Source: Bacteroidales bacterium
GTDB lineage: Bacteria; Bacteroidota; Bacteroidia; Bacteroidales; GCA-2748055
Direction: 5' to 3'
Length of the DNA stretch: 64,000 nt
Assembly: GCA_016936975.1 (NCBI GenBank)
Contig: JAFGWU010000025.1
Coordinates: 361 to 64,360 of the forward strand
The notes beneath the pieces are model-generated. The model made no database searches, was not told the DNA's origin, and saw only the letters and a program-made list of their open reading frames with translations. Every line of letters begins with the position of its first letter. Position 1 is the stretch's first letter. Positions 59,529-64,000 of this stretch are shown piece after piece. The translations under genes and the position numbers were made by a program.

Positions 59529-62500
59529 TTATTTCAGTATAAATAACCTGACCGTCCGGGTAAAGCTGCCGGCGGTGAGTTTACAGAAATATACCCCATC
59601 ACTCAGGTCCCCGGCATAGAATGTGACCTCCTGTTCACCCGGGGGATAGGGAGAATCTGCCACTGTACCGATCTTTTGTCCTGACAGATTAAACAGCTCA
59701 ATCGTAACATGTTCCTGCCATGGCAGGGCGAAGCGGATCGTGGCGTAGGTGCTGGCAGGATTCGGATAAGCTCTGATATAAGACTCCTCAGCCCCGGGAT
59801 TCTTTACATGGATGTAATTCTCAGGATACGCACAATCCGCACAATCAACAACTCGCAGGACATTCCATCCTGTGTTATTGTTTTCATGGATCTCCTCATA
59901 TTCATTTTCCGGGTCAATAACAGCATAAATCCGGGGAGAACAGGTAAGCGTATCGGGGACTTTCCAGTTAAACGAAAGGTAATCCTCAAAATCGATATTG
60001 GCTTCGGAAGCCCCGTAAATCATGGTGCTCGGTTTGGAGGTTCCTGCCACACCGAAGACATCCGATAATTTAATGCCTCCGTCTTCCGGATCGCCCAGAT
60101 AGAAATCTGCCTTCAGCTGATTGTCAAATGTAACCAGACTGTAGTTATGAACACGGGTTACAATACACACGGTGTCTCCCGGAAACACGATGCGCGGATA
60201 AAACTGTATCTCATTCGTTCTTTGAAGTTTGGAAGGCTTGATATGGTCCGTGCCTTTCTCCACGGCATACCTCCAGGGAAGGATAAAGGCAAGATCGGGT
60301 TTCTGACCGTAGTTATCGACCCACCACTCCTTATTATTTTCATCCAGGTCGATCATATAATCAAGCACCAGGGCACCGCTCTGTGACCGGTATATATACG
60401 GTGTAATGAAATACCTGGCCACATTATCGTAGTATTCATTGAGACGGCCGATCTTCCCGTCTATCTGGAATGAATTCCTCAGTTCAGTATTATGGGTGGT
60501 TAATGACGAGGCATTGAAATAGGAGGAGAGTTCACTGGATACACCCACCCTCACATCGCTTCCGACGGAAACACCTACCCCGAAGGGTGCCGCTTCAACC
60601 GTTACTGTTGTTTCAAGGCCAACTTTCATAAACATGTCAATGCCGACACCTGCCGAGAAAGAAAAGGAACTTCCCTGACTGGTAATGTTCTCAAATGTAA
60701 ATTTGAAGCTTCCGGTTCCGGTATTGGTTACAGGCACCTTTGAAAACTCGTAGGACAAAAATTCGGATGGCTCTTTAATGAAATCGATGGAATTTTTATA
60801 GGGTTTGTAGGAAAAGATATTTCCCGTTTCATGGTTGAATATATATCCCGGGTGATCCCAGCTGTTCCCGCTTCCCCATATCGACCGGAAATTTTCAGAT
60901 TCAGGATTCAGCACCCCTATATGCCCTATTAATTTAAGCGCTTCATTGTAAACAGGATACCTGTAATAGCTGTAGTCCAAGCTGGTATATAATACAAAGT
61001 CCTCGGTATAGACCTCTTTGCCCTCCTCAATCGAGGTGTTGTGACTTTTGGCTTTATAATACGACTGACCCCTTTCCCAGTTTGATGTTACCGAAGCCTC
61101 AAACCCGGTCCCTCCTGTCATGGCATAGGCCCGGAAATCGGAGGAAAATCCCATACTGGCGTTAATTTCAACACCGGTGGTACTGAGCTCATTAATTTCC
61201 GTATAATAAAGGGCAGAAAAAGCAGGATTCGCATCCTCCACAAATGCGTCACAAATATCATGGACAGACCCGTTTAATACATCAAAGTGCACCGGGGGTG
61301 CATTCAGAATGACAAGGGGGTACTGCAGATCGGAGACCGGTATCACCTCCGGGATCCCAATCCAGTATAGATCGGAATTTGCCAGGTCAAAATCACCGGT
61401 AACCATAGCCGAAATCTCAATATCTGCATCGCCAAACGGCAGGTCATGCGGCTCACCGGGAGGCAAGAAAGCAATGGTATCCGCGCTGACGGTATCGATT
61501 GTCAGAATTTCAAATGATGGAATATCTGCAACCTTATTCAATTGATCAACCGGTGATTTGTTTGACAGCAACAGAATAACCTCCCTATTGAAGTTAAGGG
61601 TGGCTGTATCCGGGTTCAGATCAGCCACCAGGAATGCTTCAGTTCCCTCTATATTGAGATATCCACCTGATGCCGGCTGTTCCACTTTCTTCTCAAGTTC
61701 CATATCTTCGTCACCCGAGCCAAACACACAGAAGTTGCTGGCCCCGTTTACCAGGACCTCATCCCGACCAAAATTATCCATCTTTTCACATTTTAGTGAA
61801 AGGGCTATTCGTTAGGATGCAGAACCGCCCCTGGTTCCAAAATCAGATTGGGTCGCAAACAGATTCTGGACATTTTCTATCTCCCCTGAAGGCATGGCTA
61901 AGCGGAATGTATTCAGGAACACCGCATCATGGAAATAATATCTGTAAGAGTATTCAAAGCATACACCCAGTACTTCATAGCTGCAATACCGGACCCGGTA
62001 ATGACTGTAATAAGCGGACCATCCAACCACGATTTCATCTTTGCCATCAATGTTCAGATCGCCGCATGCGATTCTCATTTCATTCATCATCATCCCTCCC
62101 CAATAGTCGCCTGAAGGGGATTCATTATTCAGCCTGACGTTTGGCAGCTCTTTTATCTTAGTCAGTTCTCTCAGGAGCGTATCGAATTTTAAAATACAGA
62201 GGTCGTATTCTGATATAAAAACAGGGGGATTCGTGGCACTATTCTCTTCATAGGGCAGGGCTTCATTCTTCACCACAGCTATTTCATCAATTCCATCACC
62301 ATCCATATCACCGGCGGCAATGTCGAAATTATAATCATAGTAAGCTATCTCATTATAAGAATCGATCAACGTTATGTTCAGGTCCGAATCCGTTTCAAAG
62401 ATCATCAGCCTGATGGTTTCTCCCGGCCATCCATAACATATTGCAAATTCATCCTGCAGGTCGTCATCGAAATTACCGGAGCAGATCCTCAGCCGGGTAT

Positions 62501-62921
62501 AATCCATCGTATTCAGTTCCTCGAGGATATACTCCCTCTCGCCACCCATAATCAAATCCGTACCTATGAGGGGGATGGTTATTTTGATTCCTCCGGAAAC
62601 ATTGTCACGAACAGTTACCACGTCATCAAGGCCGTCACCGTTAAAATCGCCGGTAGCTGCAGCCGTTTTCCTGATGTCGATAAATTTGTACTGGAACGCA
62701 TCTTCCTTTTTTATAATATCATTCAGATTTGCCGGAACATCCAGCACACCCTGTTTGGTAAAGTTATTGCCGGAGGTTGAATAACCAAAGAATATCTCCG
62801 AAGAGCCGCCGATTTTATAAAGGTTGGTTATGGGATCCTCGGCAAACTGACCGTTTAAAAAAGTAAACGAGAGGAGCAACGATCCAGAAATCATAATTTT
62901 AAATGCAGATGTTTTCATCAT
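59529..62921 (-). pseudogene. Large T9SS cargo (FG-GAP repeats, S/T-rich beta core, CARDB-like domain, CTD) interrupted by one in-frame TAA at 61812-61814
   Basis: ORFs 61812..62921 and 59529..61781 are in the same frame with an open 10-codon gap; signal peptide only on the first, CTD (AYPNP...GVYFCKL) only on the second. Confidence 0.8.
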
Positions 62922-63264
62922 AGGGTGTATAGGGTTAGATTAGGTAAAACCACGATAAAAGCAATGGGCTTGCTTCGGGCATTTTCATTCTTAATAATCT
63001 TAAGAGAGGAAGAATTTTCAGCTCAGCCAGCTGAAATTAATAATCAAAAAGAGGAATGATGAACAGTCAAAATAAGTGGTTGATAGCATAAAATTACATA
63101 TTTTTTTTGACAATGTCAAGTAAACTGCTCGATTTCTGCTGACCGGGTTACCGATTTATGCTTCAGGGTTCGGGATACAGGGTCCCCTCGATTATGTCCG
63201 GTTTTTATTAATTTTATCATATATTGTGTTTAAACCGGAGCACTAAATCTTAATTCCTGATACA

Positions 63265-64000
63265 ATGCAGTACCTATACATCTTTGCAATTTCCGTTCTT
63301 TGCCTTTTGTCCTGTAACCGGGCCGACAGAAAGGAAGATCACTTCCGCAGGAATGATGATCGTCCCAACATCGTGTTTATCATGACCGACGATCATGGCT
63401 TCCAGGCTTTGAGTGCTTATGATTCCACCCTGATCAGAACACCGAACCTCGACCGGGTTGCGCGGGAGGGCATCCGGTTTGACAGGGCCTTTGTCTCGAA
63501 CTCCATCTGTGCACCGAGCCGGGCCGTTCTGCTGACCGGTAAATTCAGTCACCTGAACAGTGTCAGGGATAACGTCGATATTTTTGATACCGCACAGGTA
63601 ACCTTCCCCGGGATATTGCACGAACATGGTTACGAAACCGCCATTTTCGGGAAATGGCATCTGAAGTCGCAACCCACCGGGTTCGATTACTGGAAGGTTT
63701 TGCCCGATCAGGGGCAGTATTACCATCCCGAGTTCCTTACGCCGGGAGGAATTGTGAAGGAAGAGGGTTATGCCACGGACATTATCACCGACCTGGCCAT
63801 CCATTACCTGGATTCCCTGCGGGACAAATCCAAACCGTTCCTGCTGATGGTCCATCACAAAGCACCCCACAGGGAGTGGCTTCCGCCTTTGGAATATCTG
63901 GATGCGTTCCACAACAGGAATATCCCGGAACCGCCCACCCTCTTCGATGATTACCGGAACCGGGGAACAGCGGCACGATCGGCGGAGATGAGGATTGCGG
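63265..64000 (+). CDS. Sulfatase (Cys-type formylglycine motif), lipoprotein; runs off window end and is absent from the ORF track
   Basis: Manual translation MQYLYIFAISVLCLLSC...RPNIVFIMTDDH...TPNLDR...SICAPSRAVLLTG...FGKWHL...HHKAPH. Confidence 0.92.
   Translation, partial: MQYLYIFAISVLCLLSCNRADRKEDHFRRNDDRPNIVFIMTDDHGFQALSAYDSTLIRTPNLDRVAREGIRFDRAFVSNSICAPSRAVLLTGKFSHLNSVRDNVDIFDTAQVTFPGILHEHGYETAIFGKWHLKSQPTGFDYWKVLPDQGQYYHPEFLTPGGIVKEEGYATDIITDLAIHYLDSLRDKSKPFLLMVHHKAPHREWLPPLEYLDAFHNRNIPEPPTLFDDYRNRGTAARSAEMRIA

Overview
This is a 64 kb chromosomal segment of a Bacteroidota (probably Bacteroidales-like) bacterium. That assignment rests on recurrent TAnnTTTG -7 promoter boxes, three T9SS C-terminal sorting domains and typical synteny (DHH-FKBP-FKBP, recF-TPR-ribH, DUF349-pyrG-yidC). 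The left half is accessory and carbohydrate-related: GH3, galM, GH78, 3-keto-glycoside pathway parts, transporters, lipoproteins and thioredoxins. The right half is mostly housekeeping: tRNA-Arg(UCU), asnA, ndk, recF, ribH, yidC, pyrG, trmD and addAB-like genes. No CRISPR array, integrase, transposase or prophage is visible. Best leads: (1) two single-chain LeuC/LeuD-type aconitase-family paralogues around asnA, one canonical and one with remodelled active-site residues; (2) a surface lipoprotein with a 6-Cys hydrophobic C-terminal peptide followed by a 61-aa two-TM protein, a toxin/immunity-like layout; (3) a ~1130-aa T9SS cargo with FG-GAP repeats and beta-pore-forming-toxin-like hairpins, broken by one in-frame TAA; (4) a K+-channel pore fused to 18 uninterrupted 12-residue repeats; (5) an Ig-domain-fused Na/Pi transporter. 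All calls come from reading motifs by eye; no database search was run.
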